From NCBI GenBank assembly GCA_963833905.1, contig CAWHZQ010000013.1:13902-77901 (forward strand): a stretch of 64,000 nt of DNA, read 5' to 3'. Below, in pieces: positions 12,413 to 22,083 of this stretch. Every line of letters begins with the position of its first letter. Positions within the stretch are counted from its first letter, which is position 1. Position numbers and translations under genes: made by a program. Source of the stretch: an uncultured Gemmatimonadales bacterium (lineage in GTDB: Bacteria > Gemmatimonadota > Gemmatimonadetes > Gemmatimonadales > GWC2-71-9). The notes under the pieces are model-generated. The model did not search any database and had not been told where the DNA came from. It saw only the letters and a program-made list of their open reading frames with translations.

Positions 12413-13383
12413 ATGACGATCAGGCCCGAGCTCGACGGCCGCCGCGCCCTGCCGTCGATCGCCGCCGCCGTGTCCACTACGTTCTGCGCCATCCGCGCCG
12501 ACGCCGCATCGATCATCCGCCCGTCGAGCTGCGCCGCGCCGCGGCCCTCGCGCGCCGCGTCCTCCAGCGCCACGAGAATCCGCCTGGCACGGTCCACCTC
12601 CACCGGCGGCGGGGTGAACACCTCGTTGGCGAGCGCGATCTGCGACGGGTGGATGGCCCATTTGCCCTCGACCCCCAGCGCGGCCGCGCGCCTGGCCGCG
12701 AGCCGGTAGCCCTCCGGATCCTTGAAGTCGCCGAACGGCCCGTCGATCGGCCGGAGACCGTAGGCCCGGCATGCCACGATCATGCGCGAGAGCGCCGCGT
12801 GCCACTGGTCGCCCGGATAGTCGGGGTTGAGGCCGCCGATCACGACCGTGCGCGCCCGGCAGCTCGCCGCGTAGTCCGCGACGCCGAAGTGCATCGCCTC
12901 GAGGCGGCGGCTGGACTGCGCGATCGCCTCGACGTTCGCCATGCCGAGGGCCGTTTCGATCAACACGTCGATCCCGAGGCGGTGCGGGATGCCCTTGGCT
13001 TCCTCGATCTGGGAGACCATGGCGTCCACCATGTAGACGTCGGCGGGGACGCCCACCTTGGGAATCAGAATGGTATCCAGGCGGTGGCCGGCCTGCTCCA
13101 CCACGTCGACCACGTCCCGGTACATGTAATGGGTGTCGATGCCGTTGATGCGCACCGAGATCGTCTTCCCGCGGCCGCGCCAGTCGAGCTCCAGCAGCGC
13201 CTGGATGACGTTGGTCCGGGCCCGTTCCTTGTCGCCCGGCGCGACCGCGTCCTCGAGATCGAGGAAGATGTAGTCGGCCTCGCCGTCGAGCGCCTTCTGG
13301 AACATCCCCGGATTCGAGCCCGGCACCGCCAGCTCGCTGCGCTGCAGCCGCTGGCGGGCGGGCTCGAAGCGCGTGTGGCTCAT
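12403..13383 (-). CDS. mcl: malyl-CoA lyase-type enzyme (HpcH/HpaI aldolase / CitE family)
   Basis: 326 aa starting MSHTRFEPARQRLQRSELAVPGSNPGMF...DYIFLDLEDAVAP...LIETALGMANVEAI...GKWAIHPSQI. ATGA overlap with sga. Confidence 0.75.
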   Translation of the reverse strand: MSHTRFEPARQRLQRSELAVPGSNPGMFQKALDGEADYIFLDLEDAVAPGDKERARTNVIQALLELDWRGRGKTISVRINGIDTHYMYRDVVDVVEQAGHRLDTILIPKVGVPADVYMVDAMVSQIEEAKGIPHRLGIDVLIETALGMANVEAIAQSSRRLEAMHFGVADYAASCRARTVVIGGLNPDYPGDQWHAALSRMIVACRAYGLRPIDGPFGDFKDPEGYRLAARRAAALGVEGKWAIHPSQIALANEVFTPPPVEVDRARRILVALEDAAREGRGAAQLDGRMIDAASARMAQNVVDTAAAIDGRARRPSSSGLIVMSS

Positions 13384-14636
13384 CGAGCGGCGCCCGCGGT
13401 GGCCTTCTCCTTCGCGGCCGCCGGCTGGGCATCCGGCGCGCGAGGCGGCAGCTCCCGCGACTCGAGCGGCTTGGCCGTGCTCCGCCAGTATTCCTCCGCC
13501 GCGCCGACGCCGCTCCCCGGCGTGACCTTCACGCCCGCGTCCCGCATGGCCATCTCGGCGCCGGCGATGCCGCCGAGGAGCATGCACTCGTTGAGGTCGC
13601 CCAGGTGGCCGATGCGGAACAGCCGGCCCGCCATCCGCGCGAGCCCGGCGCCGAGCGCCAGGTTGTAGCGGCGGTAGGCGATGTCGATCACCTCGGCGGC
13701 GTTGATGCCCGCGGGCACCATGATGGCGCTGACCGTGTCCGAGTACCACTTGGGCTGCCGGGCGCAGAGCTCGAGGCCCCACGCCTTGACCGCCGCGCGG
13801 GTCCCCTCGGCGAGCCGGTGGTGCCGCGCGAGCACGTTCTCCAGCCCTTCCTCGAAGATCACGTTCAGCGATTCCCGGAGTCCGTACAGCAGCGGCAGCG
13901 ACGGCGTGTAGGGGAAGTAGCCGGTGGCATTGGCCTTCTTCATGTCGCCGAAGTCGAAGAACACACGCGGCAGCTTGGCCGAGTCGTAGAGTGCCGCGGC
14001 CTTCGGGCTCACCGCCACGATGCCCAGGCCGGCCGGCAGCATCAGCCCCTTCTGCGACCCGGTCACGGCGCAGTCGACGCCCCACTCGTCCATCCGGAAG
14101 TCGATGCTGCCGATCGAGCTCACCCCATCCACCATCAGGAGCGCGGGATGCCTGGTGTCGTTCAGCGCCTTCCGCATCCCGGCGACGTCGCTGGTGACGC
14201 CGGTGGCGGTCTCGTTGTGGGTGAAGAGCACCGCCTTGATCTCGTGCGCCTTGTCGGCCGCGAGCGCCTCCTGGTAGCGCTCGAGGGGAGCGCCCTCGCC
14301 CCACTCGGTGTCGAGCACGTCGACCCGGAGGCCCAGCCGCTGGGCCATGTCGATCCAGAGATGGCTGAACATGCCGAAGCGCGCCGCGAGGACCCGGTCG
14401 CCCGGGCTCAGGGTGTTGGAGAGCGAGGCCTCCCACGCGCCCGTGCCGCTCGCCGGAAAGATGTACGTCTGCCCCGTCGTGGTCTTGAAGATCTTCTTGA
14501 GGTCCTGCAGCACCGGGGTCGCGAGCTTCGGGAAATCGGACGACCGGTGATCCTCCATCGCAACGTGCATGGCGCGGAGGACACGGTCGGGCGTATTCGT
14601 GGGACCCGGGACGAAGAGGAAGTTGCGACCGGCCAT
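13380..14636 (-). CDS. sga: serine--glyoxylate / alanine--glyoxylate-type class V aminotransferase
   Basis: Intact 418-aa ORF: MAGRNFLFVPGPTNTPDRVLRAM...TGSQKGLMLPAGLG (PLP-Lys). Confidence 0.8.
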   Translation of the reverse strand: MAGRNFLFVPGPTNTPDRVLRAMHVAMEDHRSSDFPKLATPVLQDLKKIFKTTTGQTYIFPASGTGAWEASLSNTLSPGDRVLAARFGMFSHLWIDMAQRLGLRVDVLDTEWGEGAPLERYQEALAADKAHEIKAVLFTHNETATGVTSDVAGMRKALNDTRHPALLMVDGVSSIGSIDFRMDEWGVDCAVTGSQKGLMLPAGLGIVAVSPKAAALYDSAKLPRVFFDFGDMKKANATGYFPYTPSLPLLYGLRESLNVIFEEGLENVLARHHRLAEGTRAAVKAWGLELCARQPKWYSDTVSAIMVPAGINAAEVIDIAYRRYNLALGAGLARMAGRLFRIGHLGDLNECMLLGGIAGAEMAMRDAGVKVTPGSGVGAAEEYWRSTAKPLESRELPPRAPDAQPAAAKEKATAGAAR

Positions 14637-14771
14637 GCGCGCACCCTCGCGGCTGAAAGAAAGGACGGGGCGGAGACGAGACGCCTCCGCCAGATCTTGA
14701 CTACATTAGCAAGCGCCGCCGCCGGCGCCGCTCGCTGTATTTTTATGCATCCATACCCATGTATAGCACTT

Positions 14772-14787
14772 TGTGCTTTTTTTCACA
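14772..14787. promoter_or_regulatory. Candidate CRP/FNR-family operator TGTGC-N6-TCACA
   Basis: tgtgctttttttcaca lies in the AT-rich divergent intergenic region between sga and the glycerate kinase gene. It differs by one base from TGTGA-N6-TCACA. Confidence 0.3.
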
Positions 14788-14798
14788 AGGCTGAGATC

Positions 14799-16148
14799 TT
14801 GTCCCTCCCGACCGCCCATCCCCGAGCGACGACACCCGCCCGCGAGCTCCTCACGGAGCTGTATCGCGTTGCCACGGCGGCCGTTGACCCGGCCCCTGCC
14901 CTGGCGAGCCGGCTCGGCCGGCTGCGAGCGCGACCCCGGGCGGCGCCGCTGGATCCTGGCCCTGGGCAAAGCTGCCCTCCCGATGGCCCGGGCCGCGGTC
15001 GACGCGCTCGCGGGATGGGGAGACTCGCCGGCAGGCGGCGTCATCGTGGCGCCAGAGATCCAGCCGGCACCGCATCCCAGCCTCCCCGTGGTCGCCGGCG
15101 ACCATCCCGAGCCCGGCTCCGGCTCGATGGCGGCCGCGGAAGCCTTGGGCCGGGCCGCCGCCGCGGTCCCGCCGGAGGACGAGGTCTGGGTGCTGCTCTC
15201 GGGCGGCGCCTCGAGCCTGCTCGCCGCGCCCGTCGAGGGCGTGACGCCCCACGAGCTCACCGCGCTCTACCGCCTCCTGCTCGGCTCCGGTCTCGACATC
15301 ACCGCCATGAACCGCATCCGGAAGCGCTTCTCCCGCTGGGGCGCCGGCCGGTTGGCCCGGGCGCTGGCCCCCGCCAGGGTGCGGGTGTTCATCGTCTCCG
15401 ACGTCATCGGCGACGACCTGCCCTCGATCGGCTCCGGCCCCTGCGTCCCCGACGTCACCACCGCCGCCGAAGTCCGGCGGATGCTGGAGCGCGCGGGACT
15501 CTGGGATCGTATCCCCGCCGCCGCTCGGCGCGTCGTCACGGCGTCGGAGTCGGGAGAAACGGCGGAAACGCCAAAGCCGGGAGACGCGGCCTTCGCGCGG
15601 GTGACCCTCGAGCTGATCGCCAGTAACCGGTTGGCCCTCGAAGCTGCGGCCAAGCGCGCGGCAGAGTTGGGCCTCGCTCCCATCGTGGCGGAGGCGCCGC
15701 TCGCCGGGGAGGCGTCGGCGACCGGGGCGAGTGTAGCCGCTTCTATTCTACAAAATTGCGGCCAGTCGGAGATCCCGCAACCAGCGGCACCGAGCCGCTG
15801 CTACATCTGGGGCGGCGAGACGACCGTCACCCTGGGCGACGCGCCGCCGGGCCTCGGCGGCCGCTGTCAGGAGCTGGCCCTCGCGGCCGCCCGGGTGCTC
15901 GACGGCGCGCCCCGGGTATCGCGCTGCTCGCGGCCGGCACCGACGGCCGCGATGGACCGACCGACGCCGCCGGCGCGATCGTCGACGGCGGCACCTGGCG
16001 CGCGGCGGCCGCCGCGGGCCGGGATCCCGCGCGCGATCTGGCGGCGCATGATGCCTACCGGGCGCTCGATGCGGCGGGGGCGCTGCTCAAGGTGGGGCTG
16101 ACGGGGACGAATGTGATGGATGTGGTGATCGGGGTGTGCGCTCGATGA
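14799..16148 (+). CDS. glycerate kinase, MOFRL/DUF4147 family (glycerate 2-kinase / TtuD-like), with two apparent frameshifts (~14930, ~15912)
   Basis: Three frame pieces. First ARELLTELYRVATAAVDPAPAL. Then WILALGKAALPMA...VAGDHPEPG...LLSGGASSLL...FIVSDVIGDD...IWGGETTV. Then LLAAGTDGRDGPTDAAGAIVDG...VGLTGTNVMDV. The TTG start at 14799 is tentative. Confidence 0.75.
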
Positions 16149-16163
16149 GCTAAGCCGGCGGCG

Positions 16164-16588
16164 TTACGGCCTGAGCGGCAGCCGCGGCCGCCAGTCGCTC
16201 CCGATCAGGACGCTCACATCCACCCGCCGGAGCGTGTCCGGCTGCACCACCACCCGCCCGACGCCGAGCGCCTCCGCCACGTCCCGCCCCTGCCCCGGAT
16301 CCCCCCGCCGTACGTAGATCCGCGTGCTGTCCGACGCCGGCCCCGTCCCGAAGAAGACGACGTCGAGCCCTTTTTGCCGGAGCGCGCGCGTCGCGATCCG
16401 GGCAAAGCCGGGCCGCCGCGTCCCGTTCAGCACTTCCACCCGGATCCGCCGCCCCGGCGACGGTATGGGATAGGCATGGCCGGCGACGTGCTCGCGCTCG
16501 GGGGGCAGCATCAGCGCCACCCCCCCGCGATCGCCACCGCGAGCGCGGCGATCAGGGCGAGCCGGAGGGCGCGACGAGGCTGTTCCAG
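16164..16588 (-). CDS. small membrane-anchored LytR_C (LytR/CpsA/Psr C-terminal) domain protein; frameshift in a C7/G7 run at 16520-16526
   Basis: The C-terminal part RRIRVEVLNGTRRPGFARIATRALRQKGLDVVFFGTG...VSVLIGSDW lies in ORF 16164..16877. The TM segment RRALRLALIAALAVAIAGG lies in the frame of ORF 16511..16714. One base more or less in the homopolymer joins them. The start is uncertain (CTG 16588 or CTG 16555). Confidence 0.5.
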
Positions 16589-17109
16589 AAACGCACCGTT
16601 GGGTCGATGAGCGGCCGTCCCGACTCGACGAGATGCGCCACCCGGTCGCCAGCCACCGTGAGAAGGACGCCGGCGGCATCGTCGGGAAACCGGTCGGCCT
16701 GCGCGGCCCGCCACTCGCGCCTGAACGCGCGGCCCGGCTCGAGGTAGTCCGCGCAGTACAGCACCCGCCCGACCATGTCCCAGTCGGCCCAGCCCACCGA
16801 ATGGTAGCGCACGGCGTCGAGAATCCCCCGGTCGGTCTCACCCTCGGCCGCCGCCCGCGCCGCGCTGGCTGGGCCATGCCGAAGCGATCCCGGCCACGGC
16901 GCGTCCCCCGCCCAGCGGTCGAGCGTGGCAGGAGCCGCGTCGCGGAACGCGTCGTGCAGCCACGCGGCCCGCACCCACCGCGCGCGCTCGGCCGCCGAGA
17001 TGCGCATCCGTTCCGCCCAGCCGTCGGCCAGCGCCGCCACTCGCTCGATGTGCGCCGCCCGCTCGGGCGACACCTCCGCCCACGAGGGCAGCCCGCTCTG
17101 CGCGCTCAC
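16552..17109 (-). CDS. HD-superfamily hydrolase (YqeK-like)
   Basis: C-terminal 185 aa of ORF 16552..17619: ERAAHIERVAALADGWA...AAWLHDAFRD...VRYHSVG...YCADYLEPGR. The GTG start overlaps the panC stop (GTGA). Confidence 0.65.
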   Translation of the reverse strand: MSAQSGLPSWAEVSPERAAHIERVAALADGWAERMRISAAERARWVRAAWLHDAFRDAAPATLDRWAGDAPWPGSLRHGPASAARAAAEGETDRGILDAVRYHSVGWADWDMVGRVLYCADYLEPGRAFRREWRAAQADRFPDDAAGVLLTVAGDRVAHLVESGRPLIDPTVRFWNSLVAPSGSP

Positions 17110-17963
17110 CCGTCGAGGCCCTGGCCGAGAATGATGTTGTCGATCAGCCGCGTCCGTCCGAGCCGGGCGGCCAGCGCGACCACCGTATCGGCGCCGACCG
17201 TCTCCACCGGCGCGAGTGTCGCAGGCTCCACGATGGCGACGTACTCCACCTCCACCGTGGGCTCGGTCGCGAGGACGCCGCGCACAGTGCCCAGCAGCAC
17301 CGCCGCGCTCCGCTCGCCCGACCGGAACGCTTCGTGCGCGGCGCGGAGCGCGGCACTCAGGACCACCGCCCGCGGCCGGTGGTCGGCGTCCAGATAGGCG
17401 TTCCGGCTGCTGAGCGCGAGCCCGTCGGGCTCCCGCGCCGTCGGCACGACGACGATCTCCAGCCGCCAGTCCAGGTCGCGCACCATCTGCCGCACCAGCG
17501 TCGCCTGCTGGATGTCCTTCCTCCCGAAGCACGCCACGTCGGGCTCGACCAGATGAAAGAGCTTCGCGACGACCGTCAACACGCCTTCGAAGTGGCCGGG
17601 CCGAGCCGCGCCCTCCCACCGGTCCGCGGTCGCGCCGGGCACCACGCGGATCTCCGACCCGGGCGGGTACATGACCGCAACGGTCGGCACGAACAGCGCG
17701 TCGGTGCCGCGGGCCGCGGCGAGGGCGCGGTCGCGCGGCAGGTCGCGGGGGTAGCGCTCGAGGTCCTCGGCGGGCCCGAACTGCAGCGGGTTGACGAAGA
17801 TGCTCATGATGACCCGGTCGGCATGCCGGCGGGCCTCGTCGACCAGTCGGAGGTGTCCCTCGTGGAGGAAGCCCATGGTGGGCACGAGGGCAATGCGGCG
17901 GCCCGCCGCACGCTCGTCGCGCACCCAGCGGCGCAGGTCGCCAATGGAGCTGAGCTCGATCAT
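17106..17963 (-). CDS. panC: pantoate--beta-alanine ligase
   Basis: MIELSS...LVPTMGFLHEGHLRLV...IFVNPLQFGP...GHFEGVLTVV...FGRKDIQQ. The start was set by residue count inside ORF 17106..18311. Confidence 0.9.
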   Translation of the reverse strand: MIELSSIGDLRRWVRDERAAGRRIALVPTMGFLHEGHLRLVDEARRHADRVIMSIFVNPLQFGPAEDLERYPRDLPRDRALAAARGTDALFVPTVAVMYPPGSEIRVVPGATADRWEGAARPGHFEGVLTVVAKLFHLVEPDVACFGRKDIQQATLVRQMVRDLDWRLEIVVVPTAREPDGLALSSRNAYLDADHRPRAVVLSAALRAAHEAFRSGERSAAVLLGTVRGVLATEPTVEVEYVAIVEPATLAPVETVGADTVVALAARLGRTRLIDNIILGQGLDG

Positions 17964-17982
17964 GGACTCGGAGGCAGGAGAA

Positions 17983-18795
17983 TCAGTCGAAGCTGTGCTC
18001 TGGCCCGGGGTAGGTGCCATCCCGCACCTCGGCGGCGTAGGACCGGACGGCGACGCGCACCGCCTCGCCCAGCTCGGCGTAGCGCTTGAGGAACTTGGGA
18101 TTGAACATCTCGTTGAGGCCGAGCATGTCGTGCAGCACCAGCACCTGCCCGTCGCAGCCCGCCCCGGCGCCGATCCCGATCGTGGGAATCGTGAGCGCGG
18201 CGGTGATCCGCTTGGCGAGCGCCGACGGCAGCAGCTCGAGGACGATGCCGCAGGCCCCGGCCTCCTCGAGCGCCGCGGCATCGGCCAGCAGCCGCTCGGC
18301 CGTCGCGGCATCTCTTCCCTGCACCCGGTAGCCGCCGAGCGCGTGCACGGACTGCGGGGTGAGGCCGAGATGGCCGATCACGGGAATCCCACGGTCCACG
18401 AGCGCCCGGACCGTCTCCGCCATCGGCCGGCCGCCCTCGAGCTTCACGCCGTGCGCGCCGCTCTCCTGCAGCACGCGGCCGGCGTTCCGGATCGCTTCGG
18501 TGGGCGACACCTGGTAGGTGAGGAACGGCAGATCCACGAAGACCAGCGCGCGCCGCGCGCCGCGGCGGACGGAGGCGGCATGGTAGATCATCTGGTCCAG
18601 CGTGGCGCTGAGGGTCGTCTCCTGGCCCGCCAGCACCTGGTTGACCGAGTCGCCGACCAGCAGGACGTCGACCTCCGCCTGCTCCAGCAGCCGCGCGAAC
18701 GCGGCGTCGTAGCAGGTGAGCATCACGATCCGGCGCCCCGCCGCCTTCATCGCGAGCAGATCGGGCACCGTCATCGGCCGTGCGTCAGCGTTCAT
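17983..18795 (-). CDS. panB: 3-methyl-2-oxobutanoate hydroxymethyltransferase
   Basis: Intact 270-aa ORF: IVMLTCYDAAFARL...LLVGDSVNQV...GVKLEGG...VIGHLGLTPQS. Confidence 0.92.
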   Translation of the reverse strand: MNADARPMTVPDLLAMKAAGRRIVMLTCYDAAFARLLEQAEVDVLLVGDSVNQVLAGQETTLSATLDQMIYHAASVRRGARRALVFVDLPFLTYQVSPTEAIRNAGRVLQESGAHGVKLEGGRPMAETVRALVDRGIPVIGHLGLTPQSVHALGGYRVQGRDAATAERLLADAAALEEAGACGIVLELLPSALAKRITAALTIPTIGIGAGAGCDGQVLVLHDMLGLNEMFNPKFLKRYAELGEAVRVAVRSYAAEVRDGTYPGPEHSFD

Positions 18796-19208
18796 GGGCT
18801 TGCAGCTCCGCCAGCTCTCGCAGCCAGAAGTCGCGGTTGGGCAGCTCGGGATGGGGAATGATAAGGTCGGGCTCCGTCACGCGCCGCTGCCCGTATCGCA
18901 CGATGTCCACATCGAGGGTCCGGGGACCCCACCGCTCGCCCCGGACGCGGCCCCGCGCGCGCTCGATCTCGTGGCAGGCCTCGAGCAGCTCGCGCGGCGT
19001 GAGCCGCGTCTCGAGCAGGACCATCTGGTTGAGGTACGGCGGCTGCGTGCATGCCGGCGAGCGGCGCCGTCTCCTCGACGGCCGACGCGGCGACGACCTC
19101 GGTATCCGGGAGCTTCGCCAGCGCCTCGCGGGCGGCGGCGAGGTGTCCGGCCCGGTCGCCGAGGTTGCTGCCGAGCGCCACGTACGCGCGTTCGGCGGCG
19201 GCGACCAT
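18785..19208 (-). CDS. folK: 2-amino-4-hydroxy-6-hydroxymethyldihydropteridine diphosphokinase (HPPK), with an apparent frameshift near 19035
   Basis: The N-terminus MVAAAERAYVALGSNLGDR lies in the frame of ORF 18792..20651. The C-terminus lies in ORF 18785..19024 (GPRTLDVDIV...IIPHPELPNRDFW). Confidence 0.8.
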
Positions 19209-19210
19209 CG

Positions 19211-21291
19211 TCAGGTCTCCACCACGAAGTGCCTGGCGATCCGCTGGAGGTCGGCGGCCACGTCGCCCAGCTCGCGGATGGACCGCTCGAGGTCGGCCTG
19301 TCCGCCGGCGGCCTCGGCCGCGTGCCGCGCGAGGGCCTCGGTCTCGCTCAGCGTGCGCGCCGAGCTGGCGGCGACCTGCCGGATCTGCCCGGTGAGCCCG
19401 TCGACCGCCCGGAGCTGGTCCGCGGCCGTGGCGGCGATGGCCCGCGCGTGCTGCCCGGCCTCTCCCGTCGTGCCGACGATGGCGTCGAGCGCCATCGCGG
19501 CGTCCGCGCTCAGCTCCTCCACGCCCGCCACGGCCTGCCGTCCGCGCTCCATCTGCCCGCTCACCGCCGACACCTGGTCGGTGATCTCCTCGAGGAGGTG
19601 CCGCGCCTCGCCCGCCGCGTGCAGGCTCTGGGCGGCGAGATCCCGCACCTCGTCGGCCACCACCGCGAACCCGCGCCCCTCGGCGCCCGCGCGCGCGGCC
19701 TCGATGGCCGCGTTGAGGGCGATCAGGTTCGTCAGGTCGGCGATTTCGCGAATCGTCCCGATGAACCCCTGGATCCGGGTGGTCATCGCGCCGAGTCCGG
19801 CGACCTGGTCGGCGCTGGCGGACACGAAGCTCTTGAGCCCGACGAGCCGGTCGATCGCTTCGCCGATGACCACGCGGTTCTGCGCCGCCACCTCGGCGGC
19901 CGTGCCGCTCGCCGCGGCGGCCTGCGAGCCCTGGTCCGCCATGGCGCGGGTGGCGGTGCCGAGCGAATCGGTGGCCTCGAGGCCGCCGGCGACGAAGGTC
20001 TCCAGCTCGCTCGCGCCCTGCCGCATCCCCTGCGACGCGTCGGCCAGCGCAGCGCCGAGGTGCGGAGCGAATCGGTGACGCGGGCCAACGCGGTGACCTG
20101 CTGCCCGATCTGCTCGACGGTGCCGAGCAGAGGCCGGCGCAGCTCGGCGATGTGGATCGCCGTCGCGATCTGGTTACCCAGCGTGTTGAGGGCGACGAGG
20201 TCCTTGGGTCCGTACGCATGCCGCTTGGGGTGGTCCACCTCGACCGTCCCGAGCAGGTCGCCGCCGAAACGGATCGGGTGGACCACGAGGCTCCCGACCT
20301 GATCCATCGGGGAGGCGACGCGCGGATCGGACCGGGCGTCCTTGACCACGACACCTGGTTCGACGCGATCGCCTCTGCGCGGAATGGCGCGGCGCCGCTG
20401 GGCGGCTCGCCGCGGCCGGGGCGCCCGAGCGCGCCGCGATAGGCCAGCGTCGCGACGCCGTCGACGACGCGATAGATCCGGAAGTCACCCCAGTCGAGCA
20501 GCCGGTACGCCAGCCGCTCGATCTGGTCGAACGAGCCCTGCAGCGTGCGGTTGCTGGCGATCGCCACCTCCATCAGGTGGACCTTGTTCAGGTCCTCGGC
20601 GCCGATCGCCTCCTCCAGGATGCGACGCGTGAGGACGCCGAGCACGCCCATGGCCAGCGCCGACCGCCAGCCAGCCGACCGGCGAGAGCGAGCGCAGCGC
20701 GGCGACCGCCACGACCGCCGCGATGAGGGTCAGCAGGTAGGAAATGATCTCCCAGCGGAGGATCAGGACCTTTTCGGCGTGCTCGAGCTTGTCGCGGATG
20801 AGCAGCGTGAAGTAGAACAGCGCTCGCGACGCGAAGAAGTACATGAAGACGAGGATGGCGGCGGCCGGCAGCAGGTCGAGGGACAGCTCGGGGTGCCCCA
20901 CGAACACCAGCACGGCGGCGTAGTACCCGTAGGCCACCGCGAAGCCAAGCACCTCGCGGCCGGCGTTGATGAGCCCGGCGCGCGGGAACTTCCGGAGCCA
21001 GAGCACGTCCGAAGCGAAGACGCCGGTCCACAGGGCCAGCACCACCGGCGACGGACCCACGGTCGCCGCACCCACGAGCGCCGCCACACCGGTCTGCGTC
21101 AGGTAGGAGTACTTGCTCAGGCGCACCGGTACCGCGCGGAGCAGAACCACCACCGCGATCAGGGCCAGCGTGGTCACCGGCTGGTCGGTCCAGCGCGTGT
21201 CCGCCGCGAGCGCGGCGAGCGTGAAGAGCACGCCTCCCACCGACAGCCCCTGCGCGTACCGGTCCACCATGAGCTGGATGCGGTCTTTCAT
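19211..21291 (-). CDS. multi-pass membrane domain - GAF - methyl-accepting chemotaxis signalling domain protein, with ~3 apparent frameshifts (~20040, ~20350, ~20650)
   Basis: Four frame pieces. (1) [14 protein letters not shown] plus about 6-7 hydrophobic helices. (2) [20 protein letters not shown]...FRIYRVVDG. (3) [10 protein letters not shown]...[17 protein letters not shown] (GAF). (4) The MA domain with [40 protein letters not shown]. The ATG overlaps the trpA stop (ATGA). No HAMP domain is evident. Confidence 0.7.
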
Positions 21292-22083
21292 CGAGCCACC
21301 GTCCGCGCGTCGAGCGCCTCGCGCAGCGCCCCGCAGGAATTCCCCCGCCGCGGCCACGCCTCTGGTGCCGAGGATGTCGACGAGCGCGCTGCCGACGACC
21401 ACGCCGTCGGCCTGGCCGGCCACCGTGCGTGCCTGTGCCGGCGTGGAGATCCCGAATCCGACGGCCACCGGCAGCGGCGTCGCCCGCCGGACCTGGGCGA
21501 TCGACTCCGCCAGCCCTTCCGCGAGGGAGGCGGTCGCGCCCGTCACCCCGAGGCGGGCGACGAGATACACGAAACCCTGCGCGCCCTCGACCGAGGCCGC
21601 GAGCCGCGCGGGACGGGTCGTCGGGGCGATGAGTCGAATCAGATCGAGCGGGCTCGTCCGGATGGCCGACTCCACGCCGGCATCGCTGCCCGCCGGGAGG
21701 TCGGTCAGCAGCACGCCCGCCACGCCCAGCGCGTCGGCGTCGCGGAGGAAGCGGTCGAGGCCGTAGCGCAGGATCGGATTGAGGTAGCTGAAGACGACGA
21801 TCGGCCGGGCGAGTCTCGCGCGCTCGATCAGCGCCAGCGTGCCGGCGAGCGTCATCCCCTGGCGGAGGGCGTCGAAGGTGGAGCGTTGAATGGTCGGACC
21901 GTCGGCCAGCGGATCGCTGAACGGGACGCCGACCTCGATGATGTCGGCCACCTCGTCGGCCATGCGCAGCGCGGCCAGGCTCGCCTCGGCGGACGGATAC
22001 CCGGCGGTGAGATATGGGATCAGCGCGGTCCGCTCCTGGGCCCGGAGGGCGGCCCAGGCCGGTGCGAGCCTGGACTCAGACAA
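21288..22083 (-). CDS. trpA: tryptophan synthase alpha chain, with an apparent frameshift near 21340
   Basis: ALIPYLTAGYP...IEVGVPFSDPLADGPTIQ...GFVYLVARLGVTG...VGFGIS. Shifting one base near the 3' end gives [12 protein letters not shown] followed by TGA. In the raw sequence the ORF runs on into the next gene. TTG start at 22083. Confidence 0.85.

Noticed and set aside
16511-16714. ORF start at 16714 for the LytR_C protein, overlapping the HD gene by 160 nt.
   Set aside because: The first ~40 residues (MAGRAGRPVSRRCRRRPSHGG...) look like off-frame noise. A shorter start, possibly non-ATG, just before the TM segment is more plausible, though unresolved.
20485-22083. 532-aa ORF that looks like TrpA fused to a polytopic membrane domain.
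   Set aside because: Shifting one base near 21340 gives ...[12 protein letters not shown] then TGA, overlapping the ATG of MKDRIQ (ATGA). This is two genes, not a fusion.
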